DNA of 64,000 nucleotides from Ascidiella aspersa (lineage: Eukaryota), in NCBI GenBank assembly GCA_963924565.1, contig OZ004612.1, forward strand, positions 11,222,001 through 11,286,000. The letters are read 5' to 3'. How positions within the stretch are numbered: the first letter of the stretch is position 1; each line of letters starts with the position of its first letter. The notes beneath the pieces are model-generated. The model had not been told where the DNA came from. It saw only the letters and a program-made list of their open reading frames with translations, and made no database searches. Both the position numbers and the translations under genes were made by a program. Shown one piece after another: positions 1 through 14,792 of the stretch.

Positions 1-1228
1 CTCTGAAAAACATTCACAATTTATTAAAATCGTTAACAAAGGGAATCTTAGTCTTCTAATTTACATTAATATACAGGTGGTTGTTATTAAACAGCTAAAA
101 AACTTAATTTGAAAATGCACCAACAGGCCAAACTTTACAGTTTTGTTCATGGATTAATCTTGTATGGTTACAAAATACTTAACACAGCCTTGAAACTACT
201 AAACAAAAATTAGAACTCGTGATTACTATTTAATGCCAGTGGTCCCAAAAGTGCCAGTGGTTGTATTGCATATCTATATACCAGGATAATTTGCAGTAGT
301 TTAAGATGTTTAAAAAACTGTGACTGCACTTCTCTTTTGAAACAGTTAATAAGGTAAAAATGAAAATTACATGCCTTTAAATTGTTTTACAATGGTTCCA
401 ATTAGGTTACAAGTTTTACGATCTCTAGTATAGCATATTGGGAAGTTTGACCTGCATTGCAAACTTATCTGAAACTTAAATTAGCAAATGCACAAAAACG
501 TTAGCCATTGCCTACAGTTTTTTTTATATTTATAGAGCCGTGCAAATTAAATTCATTACAAGTACAACAGCATATTTTAAAGCTGCTTTCCCTTGTGCAA
601 TTACCAAAGTTTTTGATCGGGTATAAGCATTTTAAAATAATTTTATAAGATAAATTTGGTTATAGTTAAACAAATTGACACAGAATACATAAAGGTTTAA
701 AAACATACACTGGTGATAGAAGGCTTTTTTGGAGGTCAAAGTTGCAGAGGCAAAACTGATGCTTGATGAAACTAAAAAAACAAAAAACATTACACTCTTA
801 AATTGTGATTAAAAGTAATAGAGTTATTTCCAACCTTTTGGTTCTTGCAACCCCCTTTTCATTATTTGTTTAAAACTTTAGTGACTACTATTAATTAGTA
901 GTGAAACAAAGTGCCATACAAGAAAGCTAAATTTTAATTATATAAGCAGAAAAAGGCATGTTTTCTCAATATTTACTAAATGGGTAACTTTTAAAGCTGC
1001 AAAAATTCCAACATAAGGTTAAAGATGAACCTAAAGATGTGAAACTAGTTAAATATCCATGCGTCTTAAAATAATGAGGTTAAACATTCTTATTAACAAA
1101 CAACTTGATGGTAAGAATTAGGTTTTTGTTGTTATAAAGCAAAACAGTAGAGTCCAAAATCTAAAATAATAAATAAAAATCATGTACTTTGTATAGTATG
1201 CTATTTAACCAACTTAATTAAGATTTAC

Positions 1229-1249
1229 CTGCAAATTTTGAGCAGCCAT
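1229..1249 (-). other. Possible first coding mini-exon (MAAQNLQ) of a gene running off the left edge
   Basis: ATG...CAG followed by a gtaaat donor. A CpG-rich patch with CCAAT motifs lies upstream at ~1590-1830 and CpG-poor DNA downstream. No homology recognised. Confidence 0.2.
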
Positions 1250-2510
1250 CCTAATTAAAAAATCTTTCACATCCAAGCTTCAAACCCAACAGGTCCGTTC
1301 GCATTTATTGGTATTTTTCTCCGATATCTTCAGTGTTTTTCAGATTTCCAGGTGTGCAATTAGGATTTTATGCTCATACTGTATAAATATTTTAGATGTG
1401 CCCTAAGACTTGCCCGCAGATGTAATAACCTTGTTTCCTAGGTTAGATACAAATTTAGTGCACGCTAAAAGTAATTTTATTCAATAAATTCATTTTTTTA
1501 TTCTTAGATAAACCTATAAATATAACTACAAATACAGCTTATAGCTCACTATCCTAAACACATATTTGATAGCAAGCCTAAATATTTTATCTTCCCTCGA
1601 GAAACTCCAGCGCTAAGCTGCCTGACTTACTTTTAGCTTCTGATGCTAAACGTTCAAGCTTGATTGTGATGTCATCCGCATATTGGCCAATCGGGCGTCT
1701 GGAGTTTAAAAATATGCGCGCCGTTCGAAAATAGCGCAATATAATAAATTGCAATGACAGCGGGTAATGGTCGTCGCGAAGTTGAAGCAGCGGGGAGCCA
1801 TTATTGCGTTTCGCATAAAAGCGCATGAGTAGCAAAGTATGAGAATTACTTTTCAATGCGTTTTAGTTGATGTTCAACCTTTACCAATAAAACATCTTCA
1901 AATATTTCACATCTTTATTCCCGGATATATAAATATACTATTTTTGATAAATAAGTAGCCTAAATAAGAAAACTTAAGAAAAAAATAAATAAGAAACTTT
2001 AAGAACAATTTATATTATATAAATATATGCTATTTTTGGATAATAATTTTTCGGCTACGAAAATTGAAACATGTTAATTTCCACCCTTAGTGTTTTAAAT
2101 TTGGTGCATCATGAAAATGATGGAAATAACCATCCTCTGCACAGCTCGATTGGCTTGAACAAAACACGAAGCATCGTAAATTCCATCCCTAAGGTTGTAC
2201 GATTTTTTAAACATCACTTAAAAGGTGGAAAAAACCACGCTTCTACAAATTTCCACCCTTGGAGTTTGTAATTTCCACCTCAAAATCGCACTCCAATTTA
2301 CAGTGTGGTCTGTTTCCAACACAAGAAAGTTCTTTCGGGCGCAAATTTAGCCAGATTCGTGGAAATGTGCATTGCACAATTCAATTTTACACTTAAACTA
2401 TTTGATCCTGTTATCTGCGTAATCATTCTACAATCAACAGTTTTGATTGTGTTTAGCCTGGCAGTTTTGTTTTATGCATTAAAGATTAAACGTTTAAAAT
2501 TACATACAGG

Positions 2511-2682
2511 CAGAGTTTTTTTAAGGTTTGGTTTGGGTGACCGCTAAGTAGTTTTAAGAGACCGCAAGTGTTTCATTTAAATACCAAAAAGTTGCAAGTC
2601 CAACATTTGGGAAACCGCTGGGGAAATTTGGGGGAAAGTTTCGGTCCCCCAAAACACCTTAAAAAAACACTGAAAAACACTG
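2511..2682. mobile_element. hAT-type MITE; second diverged copy at ~3779-3949
   Basis: TIR cagagtttttttaaggt/accttaaaaaaacactg; TSD CATACAGG at 2503-2510 and 2683-2690. Confidence 0.75.
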
Positions 2683-3045
2683 CATACAGGTATGATAACT
2701 AATTAAGGGAAGATTTGTCATAAATAGTTAATCAACATTGAAACACTAATGAGCTCCCAAAGTATCAGTCGCACTGGCACGCGTTGAAAAATTGCAATAT
2801 AAACCAAAATTAATTCTAACTGTGAAAATTGTGACTAATTTTGTTTGTGTGGTCAAAGGTTAAAATGCTCATGTTTTTTCCAAGGCAATATTTTTACATC
2901 GTCATTTTCATTTTCGCCCAATAAAGCATTCCTACAGATTCCTTTTATTTTAAAATATACTAATCCTTATGTGTTGGAAATTGGCGATGGTCACGGGCAT
3001 TCATTGGGTTTCTATAAACTTTTAAAATCATTCATAAGTATAGAT

Positions 3046-3377
3046 TAGTGGTCGGCAAACGGTGGGCCGCGGCCGAAATGTGGGCCGCAGAGCCATTTTT
3101 CGTGGGCCGCGAGCTACTTTTGAATAGCTTAACCTAAAGGTTATCATGTAGTTTTGGGCCGCGTGGTAGCCGTTCATTCATTGCACTTTATCTTTAAAGT
3201 TCGTGTGGCCTAGAAATTTTATATGTCTCAGCGTGGTTCAGACACACGGGCCAAATGTGGTGGTCCTGAGAGCCAGTAAAACTATATTTTTTGCCAACTT
3301 TAACTATAGGTTAGAGCACAACAATAGCACTGAAAAGAGTACTTTGGGCCGCGACAAAAAAAGTTTGCCGACCATTG
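3046..3377. mobile_element. hAT/Charlie-type MITE
   Basis: TIR tagtggtcggcaaac/gtttgccgaccattg; TSD GTATAGAT/GTATAGAG; internal GGGCCGC repeats. Confidence 0.8.
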
Positions 3378-6300
3378 GTATAGAGATTATGGACAGCACT
3401 TGTTAATGGACAATTAGCGTAATAATTACCCAATGATTCTTGATGTTTAGCTTCCTAGTTCCATTGGTAAAAAATGGGCAAATTTTGTAATGTAATTTCT
3501 CCAAAATTACCAGATGTCTTTGGTATTAAATCATGCACAGCGGTTTATTTGTTGTCTTTGTGCGCAGACGAAGACCACTATCTGGCACACCGCCTTGCTT
3601 TCGTCACTCAGGGTGACGTCATGGACTTATCCAGGCTGAGCCGGGACCGCAATGCGGAAATTGCGTCATCCAGGATCCGATATGCATCACCGAGGGGTAA
3701 GGGAAGTCGGGATTGTTTGTTGCTGTTATTATTGTTGTTGTCGGTAAAAGGTAAAAAGTAAAACGTCCGACAACACATGGGTGTTTTTTAAGGTTTGGAT
3801 TCGGTGACCGCTGAGGTATTTTAAAATACCGCAACTGTTTGATCTAAGTTTGAAAATATTACCACGAATTTGCTAAATTACAGAAGTATGTGAAATTTTG
3901 GGTGACTTTGTGAGGAATTTCCGTCCTTAAAACACCTTAAAAATACATTGTGAAAATGTGTTACATAAGCTCGGTGAAGTTATTGCTAGCTAAATTAATT
4001 ACTGAAATTGATTACAATCTTCGCAGTACAGACTATAGTTTAGTTAAATTCAAAGAGAAAAATAATTAAACTCAGTGTGCATTTCAAGCCATTTACGACA
4101 AGTCTGATTCACTAAACATGTAAGCGCTAGATGGGAGCAGAGAGCAGTTACGGGCATATGTGAACTCGTATCTTTAGCAGCACAACAATTACGATGTAAC
4201 CAAATGCGACAGTTTTACTTTGTTGCAAGATTGTTAGGCTAAACCTCTATTTAAGCACAACTTCCTTAAAAGTTTTGGTTTTGGTTGAGGATCGTGAACG
4301 CAAAATCGTAATTATAAACTATGCCTAATGCTACTGTATGTTTTTCGACCAATAATTGCTTATATATAACACCAATTTATCAATCTATACGTTGTCGGCA
4401 AGTCCTTAGTCAATGCAATTTAAAAAAACGATATTGTTCCATAGCCGAACTTAATATGTTCAGAGTTTTGTGGCTTTGGCTCCAGCAGACAGGTAATTAA
4501 TTAGAAAAGATTCACTTTATAACAAAATATTGCCTCGATTGTTTCCAAGATTTTTTTTTAATGTGATAAATATTTCAAGTTACGATCCGATATCGTTACA
4601 AAATCGTTAAAGAAAGATTTTCTGTTTTGTGCCTTTGACTCCAGCAGACCTAGGCAATTATTTAACAAAGGTTCGCGTTATAAACAAATGTTATTCTCAA
4701 TGTTGGCAAAGATATTATTTTTACTCGGAATTTCATTTTCAGCTATTACTTAAGGCGTTCAGGTGCTGTTCAAATCGCAAAAAATGCTGTTTGTTGTTTT
4801 CTCAACCTACATGGACGGTTATTGTTTTTAGCGTGTAATACGGTCGATTACGCGATCGGAAATTAGGCATGACGACGGCCGCTTCTCGTTTATCGCCGGC
4901 AACTTGGCATTCATGCAAATTTAATGGCGCCAGCAAATTTCCCGCGTCGACGTATTTGCCGGCTCGCGGATCGGGTGAATCCCCCACGGCGCGTGCATTA
5001 TTCACGAGGCGTTGATTTCGATCGTTTGCGAGTGGAAATGCCGTTGAGTCTTAAATGGTGGTTTGGCATGGGCCGTTCCCGTCGTTTTGCTGCGGTGGGG
5101 TTCGCGCGCTCTTCTTAAATGCCAACGGGAGACGTTGTTGCGTCACTTTGGACTCCCCGCCCGTGGTCGCGACATTTGCGCGGAAATTTGTAAAATTTTT
5201 GCGGCGTTCTTTGACGGCGGCCCACGCAAGCCATAAATTTTCACCCGCGTGAAGGTCGGTGATGTGTCTCACTACACAACCGCGTATGATGTTTATGTGA
5301 CTCACGACGGAAGGCGGTTTTAACCGAAATTACAGAAAACAGCAAGGGTAAAATTATCTCATCGTTTTCCAATTCCCACAGTTGCCGCTTTATCGGTGCT
5401 TGTCCGATACTAGGGTAGTATCGGTGCCGATCTGATCTGGAGACACAAATTTATCAAATCATATTAGGTTAACAACTAGAGGTAACTAACCAAATAACAA
5501 TAAAGAAAATTTTGACTTAATAACCTGGAAAACATTACCTTGTACGATTTAATTTCATCTATTTGGCTTCTTTAGTATATTAATGACCTGACTTATTATA
5601 TTGGATCGCAAAGCGATACTTTTGTTTTAAACATCGGATATCTATATCGGATTAAAACGTGAAGTGACGGACCTCCCTAATTGCAAACCACCTCCAAGTA
5701 AAATGGGGATTGTTCTGTAAGTGTGTTTGCAGACCGTCGCGAAATTCTCCAAGCCGTCTCTAGTAAATCAATGCAAACAATCTGGGCCTATCGCTTTAAG
5801 GTACTACAAAAGGGAGTAATCCTTCCAAATATAGGGCCCAGCTTCTGTGAACAGCCTCGGCTGCCTCGTGTATGTGTGCATTGTGACGACAGTAAAACGT
5901 CACAATGGCCATTGTTGGTTCACACAACATTTGCTTTGTGCACGAGATCAACGTAGCGGCGAATCAGCTGATGCAGACCTTTGGCGAACTGGGGTACGGT
6001 TACACGCTTTATAGAAATAGCCTAATCACGTCGCTGAAAGCTGACTGGAAACGCTTGTTTTGTTTATCGGTGTTTAGAATTAAGCTGTTGTTGGGGTATC
6101 GCCTTTAAATTCAATTCGCGTTTACCGAAAATGCAGAAAACTACAATACTAGTTATTCTCAACTGTTTAAAAGCGGTAGCCACTTCCATTGGCTCTCATT
6201 ATTTTTATGCCCCCTAATGCCCATGTTTTGGTAAAATGCGTCATGTAACGTCACAATGAAGGTCTGGATAAGGTCATAACAAAAACACTAATTAGGGTTT

Positions 6301-9300
6301 AACGATTGAAATAATAACATATGCTCGTGGCCTTCTGAAGACTGCTATGTATAAACCCCCAGGGGGTCGAGCGCTACCGTTGGGAAACCCTGCACTAAAC
6401 GCTCCTAAATAATTTTGCAAATCCAAAGTGATTGTGTTGACATTAGGAAATGTCATCTAATAATTGGATCTAATCGGACCAATTTTTCAATTACACTATT
6501 TTCACTTATGATATTAGTCCAAGCACTGAGCAATCATATTTTTTAGCATATGCGTGGTTTGGTTCGCAGAATTTCCCATAGGAGCGGCGATTAGTAATTA
6601 TCGTTTGTTTTAAGCTGCGATTGAAGGACAATTCTGTTTTCCAAATAAACCGATTTGCTTACAAACATTGTGGACTAATGTGGTCTTATAAGCAAAAATA
6701 TAGCGTTTTTCTATTTATAAAATCTAGCGTGTCTGTTCACCTTTTCACTTTTTATTTTAAGACAAAGAAGGACATTCGACGTTGTTATACATTTTTTTTA
6801 GATAAAAATTAACTTAATTGTTAAGTCTGGCACAAAGAAGTTTCGCAGAAGATCGAACCTATAAATTCGATCTTCTAGTATCGCGGCTGTGATTTATGAA
6901 GAAAAGGAATAATCGATTAATCTGACTGCGCCCCATTGCGTCTCGAACATATTTCTTACATCGCTTTCTCTGTTTCACACGTTTACGTAAAATCAATGCG
7001 AAGCAGAAATCTTGGCTTATACGCCAGAGCTATACTATATAAACACACCGCCAATAAAATTACCAAAAAATAAGAAAATAAATTCACGAATAACGGAGCT
7101 TTGTTTATAAGAACAAGTAAAAACATGCTGACTCGGTTTTGCGCAATAGTTCGCTGTGTTTTTGCAATGGTTGGCCCAAAAGAAAATGATCAATTTTTTT
7201 TCCATTCTTTGAAATCAACGCAAAGCTTCAATTGGTGAATTCATTAAGTTTTCCACGTCATTTTGCATGGCAAACTTTAAAAAAGATTATCAAAATAAAA
7301 CTGGTAAATCCTTTAGGCTGAGGTAAAATTAAAGTTATATAACAGCTTATACCGCAAGAGTATAAGCGTGTTTCCCTTGAGATCGTAAGGCCGGCAGTCG
7401 ATCAAGAAAAAGAGCGGCGGGTACAGCTTTCCTGTGTACATCGATTCCAAAGAGCGCGCTGTTTTGAAAAAGATTCCAATCTGTATCGATCAAATTCTGT
7501 CAAGCTCCGCCGAAGCCTGATTACGCAAGCACATAAGTACTTCTTTATCATTTTCAGTATTTTTCACTTCTCAACGGTTATATAATATGCTGTATTAGGG
7601 ATGTTCGATAATATCGGATCGGAGCCAATACGCAATGCCAGGTGGTAGTATCGGTACTCGTTTGATACAAGGGTGGTATCAGTCCAATTCCAATTTAGTA
7701 TAGGAATTTTAGCCATGGGTTTGATCCAACGCAACGATCCTACACTCTAACTAAGGTATCAAAACATGTTGGTCGGTTAATAACCCGTTGGAACTAAACT
7801 TCAAAATCAAATAGTCTCCAAAATTACTAAAAAAATACCTCTCGTTTGAGCAAAGTAATGCTTGTTTGAGCAAGGTAATAACGTCATTTGGTATCGGGTA
7901 AGTTGGATCCCGATAATTTTTGCTGAAAATATCGGGTACCGAAATAAACTGTTAGGTATCGCACATCTTTGTATTATCAAACCTATACAGAACAAAAACG
8001 TAGAATATTGATTTTAGGTTTTAGTAATGATCTGTTTGTGAAAAAAATCATCTATAAAGGTTACGAAAAAATGAAAACGGGCAAAATTATATAGCAATCG
8101 AACAAACACCTATTTATAAACAACCTGCTTGCGTAAACAACTTAGGGTAGTGACATCAGCTGAACGTTAATAAACCTTCTGCACTCCGCTTTCAGCAAAC
8201 AAACAGTCGATCATGGTTTGTGCGACCACGTCCTAAATATTGACAGTATTGCGCGTGTTTGCTGTTCGTGTGAATAAACAAAGTTTTTATGAAGCAGCGA
8301 CGAAAGGTTTATGAAAATTGCGCGAAGCGAAATGATAATAATGTTGGCTCGTCACGTGTCCAGGTTTTCATGGTTAAAAAAAGAGTTTCTCAATTACATC
8401 ATCGTACACCTATTTGATGCCTAACATGTTGAGCATGAATAGTACAAGACTATTTTTTTACGTTTGACAAGAAATCGTTTATTTTTTCATTTTTTAAGGT
8501 AATATTTTATGAATTAATATGTCGAAAAATATTTTTGTGGATGTGTTACACTAAACTTTCAGGCTACCTACTTTGCGGCCTGTCGTATGCCAAGCGCTAC
8601 ACGTGTCGTAAACTGTATTAAAATATAAAGGCGTAAATGAAACAATAAGACACATAAAACAATAAGAGCGGCCAACGTCTGAAAAAGTGGCGGAAACGTC
8701 AGATATAAAGCTTTCTCAATGTTTTCCAAACTCGCCCAAAAGCCGACTGCCTACATTGGTTTTCGGCTACGCCAATTACAACAACGAGAGGAAAAAAGGT
8801 GTGTGTGTGTGTGTCAAATGTAACTAATTATTAGGTGCCAACGGAAAATGTGATCAGATAAGAAATAAAGCGTGAAAGGCGAGGTGCAAAAGTGGAAAAG
8901 CGATATAATTTACGTGAGTGAGAAAGAAAGAGCAAAACGAAAACACGCGTACAAACGATAAAACTGAGAAACAATAACGCACACACAAACGATAAATAAT
9001 CGGTGCAACAGATGTTAACAAATAAGCAATTGCTTCAACAGTGCTTAACTCCTGAAACTTATATTTCTAATTTTTGCAAAATTAAGAACTCTTAGGGCGC
9101 GAAACAATGAACATCTGTTGAAAGTGAATTTGCTACAAATGCATTTGTTTGCTCGTCGGTGTAAGTGTAACCGATTTAATTTGGGCTGCAGAATTTAAGC
9201 AAATTGCAGACAATGCCAATCAAAATTACAAGTGCCTAAAGCTATTGCAGGAAATTTATCAACTATATCAAAGAAAGCTTGTTTTGCTGTCTGTCGCCCC

Positions 9301-10734
9301 GTTTTGTTTATCCTCACAGCAAACTGCCTGTTATCAGCGACGGCCATCTATATCTCTGCCACCCATCTACATCGTTCCATCTCGCTCGCAAGTCGTGCGT
9401 GCGTGAATACGTGCGTGCGTCGGTTCTGCGTTGCACGCACGACCTTGACCCGTCGCAGACAGGACGACGCACGAGATTATAATCGTCGCCCATTAGGACA
9501 AAGCTCAGAAAAAAGGCAGCGCCACTGAAAATCTATTCGCAGGCAATTGGCGCAACACAGGTCTGCCTTGACGTTAAACACCTGTCGGCTTAGCAATAGC
9601 CCCGGGGCGTACTTGGTCCTCAATTGGCTCTTTCGCACTGTTTTGAGTAGGTCGCTGCCAAATAAGCAAAGGTTATTTACGGAGATATGCGGCGTTCGCA
9701 TTTGATTTGACGGACAGGTTTGCCTTTGACGTATATGCGCGCCAACTGATGACAACTTGCAAACAAGTGCTGGGAAATAACATGGGAAACCTAAATGTTT
9801 ATTTTTAATAGCAACGATGGCAGGCCTGTTTTCAACGTAATACATACAGATTAAGATGATTGAAAGCACAAGATTTTAAATTGATTTCATAATTCAAACA
9901 TTATATTATTATTATTAAAACTCCTTATAATTAAAGTAAGACTTCTATTGTACATGTAAAAAATGGCGTTTAATTAGAATTAAAAAGCAAAAGACAAAAA
10001 AAGTGTAATTTGCTGCAGTTTTGCTAACGTGTTATATTGCCAACCTAAAATACATCCCTAAATGCAAACAACAACCCAAAAACTTAAACAAACTAACAAA
10101 GTTTTATAAATAACGTAATGCAGCTCTATGAAAGAATTCGACTTTTCCACTTGAGTGGAACCGTTTCAGTTGCATATTGGACGCCATATTGAGCCTATAG
10201 CCCTATTATTTGGCTCTACCAGTGTCGTCCATTAGGCTGAGACTTAAATATGGCTCAGACCCGCTTAAGAAGTCAACAGGTTCATTAAACTATTTTTAGG
10301 CCTATAGGAGAACAGCATGTTTTGCTGACATTTTTTTACAAAAATCTGTCAGTGAAAATGCGTTGTTATCATCGGGACTTACTTTAAGATAAAGTGCGTC
10401 ATCAAGGTCGTCATCAAAAATCCCACCGCGAACGATATGCTGACGAATGCACACACCCTGATTTTTTACGTTTTTAAATTAAAAATTTTAATCATTTCTC
10501 TTTATAAGCTGTTAATCTGTTGAATTGGCAATTGACCAAAGTCATTTGGCAAAATTGTCGCTGTCACAAATTTCATATATCGCATCCACTTGCGCCGAAA
10601 CGACAACATGGTGGACAAATTTTGGAATGGGAATCAAATTTACTTTATGGATTTTATACGGCGATATTCTGCGACAGTCGCTTTCTGCTCACCGTGCAAA
10701 TGCGAAGACTCGTCAAAAAATGGATCGTTTAGCC

Positions 10735-11021
10735 CAGTGCTTCCCAACTAGTGGGTCATTTCTAAATGTTACAGTATTCTATAGTATCGTGAAATTATTG
10801 CATTATCACTACGTTACATTTATGCAACAAATGTAACAAATACGTAACAATTAGATGTGTTGTGTCGCATGAACTATTCCAACACGTACGCCATTAGTAA
10901 AGATGCAGCTTTTGTGTAACTGTTAATCTTCTTTCCAATTAGTTGCATTTTAAATCATTGCTAAACATTTTGGCCATATCTCAAACTTGCATTAAGAACT
11001 GAAAAAGATTGGGAAGCACTG
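10735..11021. mobile_element. hAT/Charlie-type MITE
   Basis: TIR CAGTGCTTCCCAA/TTGGGAAGCACTG; perfect TSD GTTTAGCC. Confidence 0.85.
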
Positions 11022-11748
11022 GTTTAGCCCATAGCGAATGTGCAAAAAACAATTAAAACGTCCTTAAGAACTGTCGTTAAGTTTGGCAAATCTCCAAAAC
11101 TTCGATAAGCAAACTTTCCCGCTTAAAAAACTCCGCAACCAAAATTCAGACGACGCCTTGTAAATCAAGTCTGCAAAATCAACTTAAGTAGGTTTTTCCA
11201 TTGTCTGACTCCCAGGCTGTGCACACGAAACATCTCGCCAGCCTTCTAGATTTCGCCCTGTGCGTAAAGGTGAATCCCCCGTCTCACGTCTGGCACTCGG
11301 TCGGGCGTGACAGTGACGTAGGCACGACGCGTTTGTTCCACTCGACTTGCTCCGGCTGCTCGCGTTTGCTGTTTTTTGCGGCTTCGCTTTTGCGTCGAAG
11401 AATTTTTGGAAAACTTGGACGACGGAAGTCCTGTTCTCAATATCAGTGGAAATATAAAAGTATTTTCTCAATATAAGCGATTTTGTGACGCTTATTTATA
11501 TCAACCTATATGGATATATTTAGAAGCTGGTTATTTCGAATATTAAATTATTATAATATTGTATACAGACAAACGTGTTTTAAGATGCGGCCTAATTTAT
11601 AAGGGACTAGTCTAGGATAATAAGTTAAAGTGCATCCGGGTATTTCAGTATTAGCCATTTCACAGTTTAAGATTATAGAAATACTTGTAAAAAAGTAACT
11701 TAGGTAAAAATAATTGTATAATAATTTCTTTCTCTCTTGCAAAAGATG

Positions 11749-11821
11749 CGACCCTGGTGGGACTCGAACCCACAATCTTCTGCTCCGGAGGCAGACGCCT
11801 TATCCATTAGGCCACAGGGCC
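11749..11821 (-). tRNA. tRNA-Arg(CCG)
   Basis: GGCCCTGTGGCCTAATGGATAAGGCGTCTGCCTCCGGAGCAGAAGATTGTGGGTTCGAGTCCCACCAGGGTCG: full cloverleaf, anticodon CCG, TTTT terminator just downstream. Confidence 0.95.
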
Positions 11822-12072
11822 GGTGACAAGACCTGTTAAACAATTTGTTGTACCGTCGAGAGGTGTTTTGCCTGTGTGCTAGATTGTTACTGTGCTATTA
11901 AAGAAAATCAATTTTCTACCGACGACTAAATAGCCTTAAAAATACATTTATGTCTTATCCGCGTCTTTAGTAATACAAGTAGTATTACCAAAGAGTTTTT
12001 TAACGTGCAAAACATTGAATTTACAATGTTGCTATCGGAAACCTGAATCAAAGCAGAAACGAGAAAAAAGTA

Positions 12073-12144
12073 CGACCCTGGTGGGACTCGAACCCTAAAT
12101 CTTCTGCTCCGGAGGCAGACGCTTTATCAATTAGCCACAGGGCC
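12073..12144 (-). pseudogene. Degenerate tRNA-Arg(CCG) copy
   Basis: Same sequence with a 1-nt D-arm deletion, D-loop GG>TG, and T-stem GTGGG>TAGGG breaking two pairs. Confidence 0.8.
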
Positions 12145-13182
12145 GGTTGCTGACAGTTATGCCTTAGAACTGCAATCTAAGCTTTGAAGTCGTCTGGTTA
12201 TAATTTCAAATTATACAGATTTGATTTATTTAAAACAATAAATTACGTTGAGAGGGCGTTTAACTTACAAGGCTAATTACCTGACAACTATTAAAAGCGC
12301 GCCGCCGCCTTATTTTAGCCCGATCGATGCTTTCTGCCGCGAATAGCCGCGCGAGGGAGTTCCCCGACGTCGCTTCACGCACTCGTCGCCTTGCGTGATG
12401 ACGTTGACGCAAATTGCGTCCCTGCGTCGGAGCTCGCTTTCTTCAAGAAGGCTGGAGACGCACAAGCGGCGGGGAATTCCCTCTGCCCCGGGCGAAAACT
12501 CAAGGTGCTGACGCGGGCGATAATATGGCTGACATAAACGGGGTGTTTCTCGTTTTCGTTGTGCTTTGACGTTGTTCTTGACATGTTGTTGTTGAGCTTT
12601 GTGCCGTTTTCGACCATTTTCCGATTCCTGGCACTATTTTCGGGCGTGCAATCAATTGCGGTTTACAAGGAAGTGCGCTATTTTGCCTGATTGTCTAGAC
12701 CGCGTATAACACTTGTGTTGTTGTCGCGAGTTGCGTTTCGGGTATACACTGTCGACGATGTTTACCAAACTCACGTTTAAAAAACAGAAAATACTATTGC
12801 ACCGACGAATTCCGTTCTCGGGAGGTCAAGTGTTACACTTGACTTGGAGTTTTCATTAGCGGCAAAATATATTTTTTAAATATTTGAGCAAATTCACTTC
12901 TTTGACTTGATATATCACTGATTTGTTACAAAAAAGGAATTGAATATAGTTATTGATTGAGATACATTTGCGTTGGTATTGGCATATTTATTAAGGTTAC
13001 TTGATATTTGGAAAACTATTTTTTGCAAAACATCGAAGTCAGTAATGTAAATAAAGGCGACATTATCATAAAAAATGATTAAAGTTCTTTAAAGTTTGAA
13101 CGAGAAAGTTCACCGAAATAAATACGCCCTATATGTGAGTTTCTGACGAAAAGAGAAAATCTACCACCATTTGTTTAGAATT

Positions 13183-13583
13183 CAGCGATTCTTAAACTGT
13201 GTGTCGCATCACTCCGGTGTGCCCGACACGATTCCCAAATATTCTGCGAGGTCTCTTATAATTTAATTTTTTTTTATTTTTAAACTCGTATTACATAGCT
13301 ATGTTAACCATTTGCGTCTTGAATTCACACTATCTATTAGGTTACTCATGCTAATATGGCATTTACCTCTTGCCTTGGCGTTCTTTACCGGCGATTCTTG
13401 AGTTAAAATATTTTGTCGCCTATAAATGTGTGTCGCGCTTTTGTGGTCAAAGTTTTCCTCAGATAAAACAAGTTTGAGAACCACTGACTGTTAAAGCTAG
13501 CATATTAAAGTTTTCTGTTGATAAAATGATATTACTATTATTATTTTCATTGTTTACAGTGGGATCTAAGCCTGTTCCAACAC
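13183..13583. repeat. Charlie-like MITE plus flank, duplicated at 15455-15840
   Basis: cagcgattcttaaactgtgtgtcgc...agaaccactg and ~100 bp of flank ending gggatctaagcctgtt are present twice. Confidence 0.8.
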
Positions 13584-14719
13584 ATAGTTGTTGATATTTT
13601 ATCGATATCGTAAGATCCAAACATAACCACAAAGGTTATAAAAAACAAATAAACATTCATAATCAACAAATACGCGTTTACAAGTGCGAACGAATGCCTT
13701 TTCTTTTAGACCTTTTGACGGCCGTAGTTTCACGGTGGCTACCTTTCATGCTCCCGGTAGCGTTGTGGTGGGTGTCGGAAGTGGTAGCAGCGTCGCCGGG
13801 CAAAACAGGCCGGGCACGAGGCCGCCTGAATAATACATGAGGTCTTGCGAGCCTAGTCGGTAGGACTCCGCTTTGCCACGCCATTCAGGCTGCCGGGCGA
13901 AAGCGAGCGGCTATTTTTTTCCGGTGAAGTCGGTCTACCGCTTGGCGAACTCCTTTGTCTGCCGTAGCCGCTTTGACCCTTGGTAATGGATTCGCTGGTC
14001 GCTTTTAACGCGCATTGACGCACGGGCGCTCCGACAAATTGTTGTTTGCGTGGCATTAATTTTAATTATTAGCGGCGCTTGTTTATTGCCCGTTATTTCC
14101 TTCAGTAGAATTCGCGGTTCGAGATTTGCGAAAAGGCGGCGAATCACCGCTGACGCCATAAGACCGACGCAAAAGGAAAGGGCTTGTCGCCGAACCGAAA
14201 GTTCAAAACGCGTGAAGCGGTTGTTTGTGTTTTTCAGCGGATTGTTGTAATCGCGGAATGAATAAGGTTGAAGAATATTTCGACAAAAAACAGCAGCAAC
14301 ACCAAAGCGGTGTTTCTCAATCTCTTTCACCCTAATCTAGGAAAACAAGGCGAGAGAATCGATTGATTTTTTTAGGTAAACTTGTGTTTTTCCTAAATTG
14401 CTTCAACTTTAATTACGTGGACACAACACTAAAGCATTATACCTAAAGAACTGTATGCTGATATGTTTACCCCGAAAAGGATGTTAAAATTATAAATAAA
14501 TATATTTTAAATAATTTTCCATTTGGGCGCATTATAGCAAGCTTCCAATGCGCACCTGTTTAGAAACGATGTACTGAAGTGATGCGTTTCTTGTTCGACT
14601 AGAATCTAAAGTGTTAATTAAGACATTAGCCACATATAGGCTTTACAATGTTGGAGACCTGGATCAAAGTAGAAAAAGCGTCAAATTGCATAGCAACAAA
14701 TCTGAAATAATAAAACGCA

Positions 14720-14792
14720 CGACCCTGGTGGGACTCGAACCCACAATCTTCTGCTCCGGAGGCAGACGCCTTATCCATTAGGCCACAGGGCC
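14720..14792 (-). tRNA. tRNA-Arg(CCG)
   Basis: Identical 73 nt to 11749-11821; TTTT terminator downstream. Confidence 0.95.

Noticed and set aside
10290-10299. Additional MEF2 consensus sites (also 26479 and 55911)
   Set aside because: Expected by chance in AT-rich DNA; one lies in a PIGN intron.
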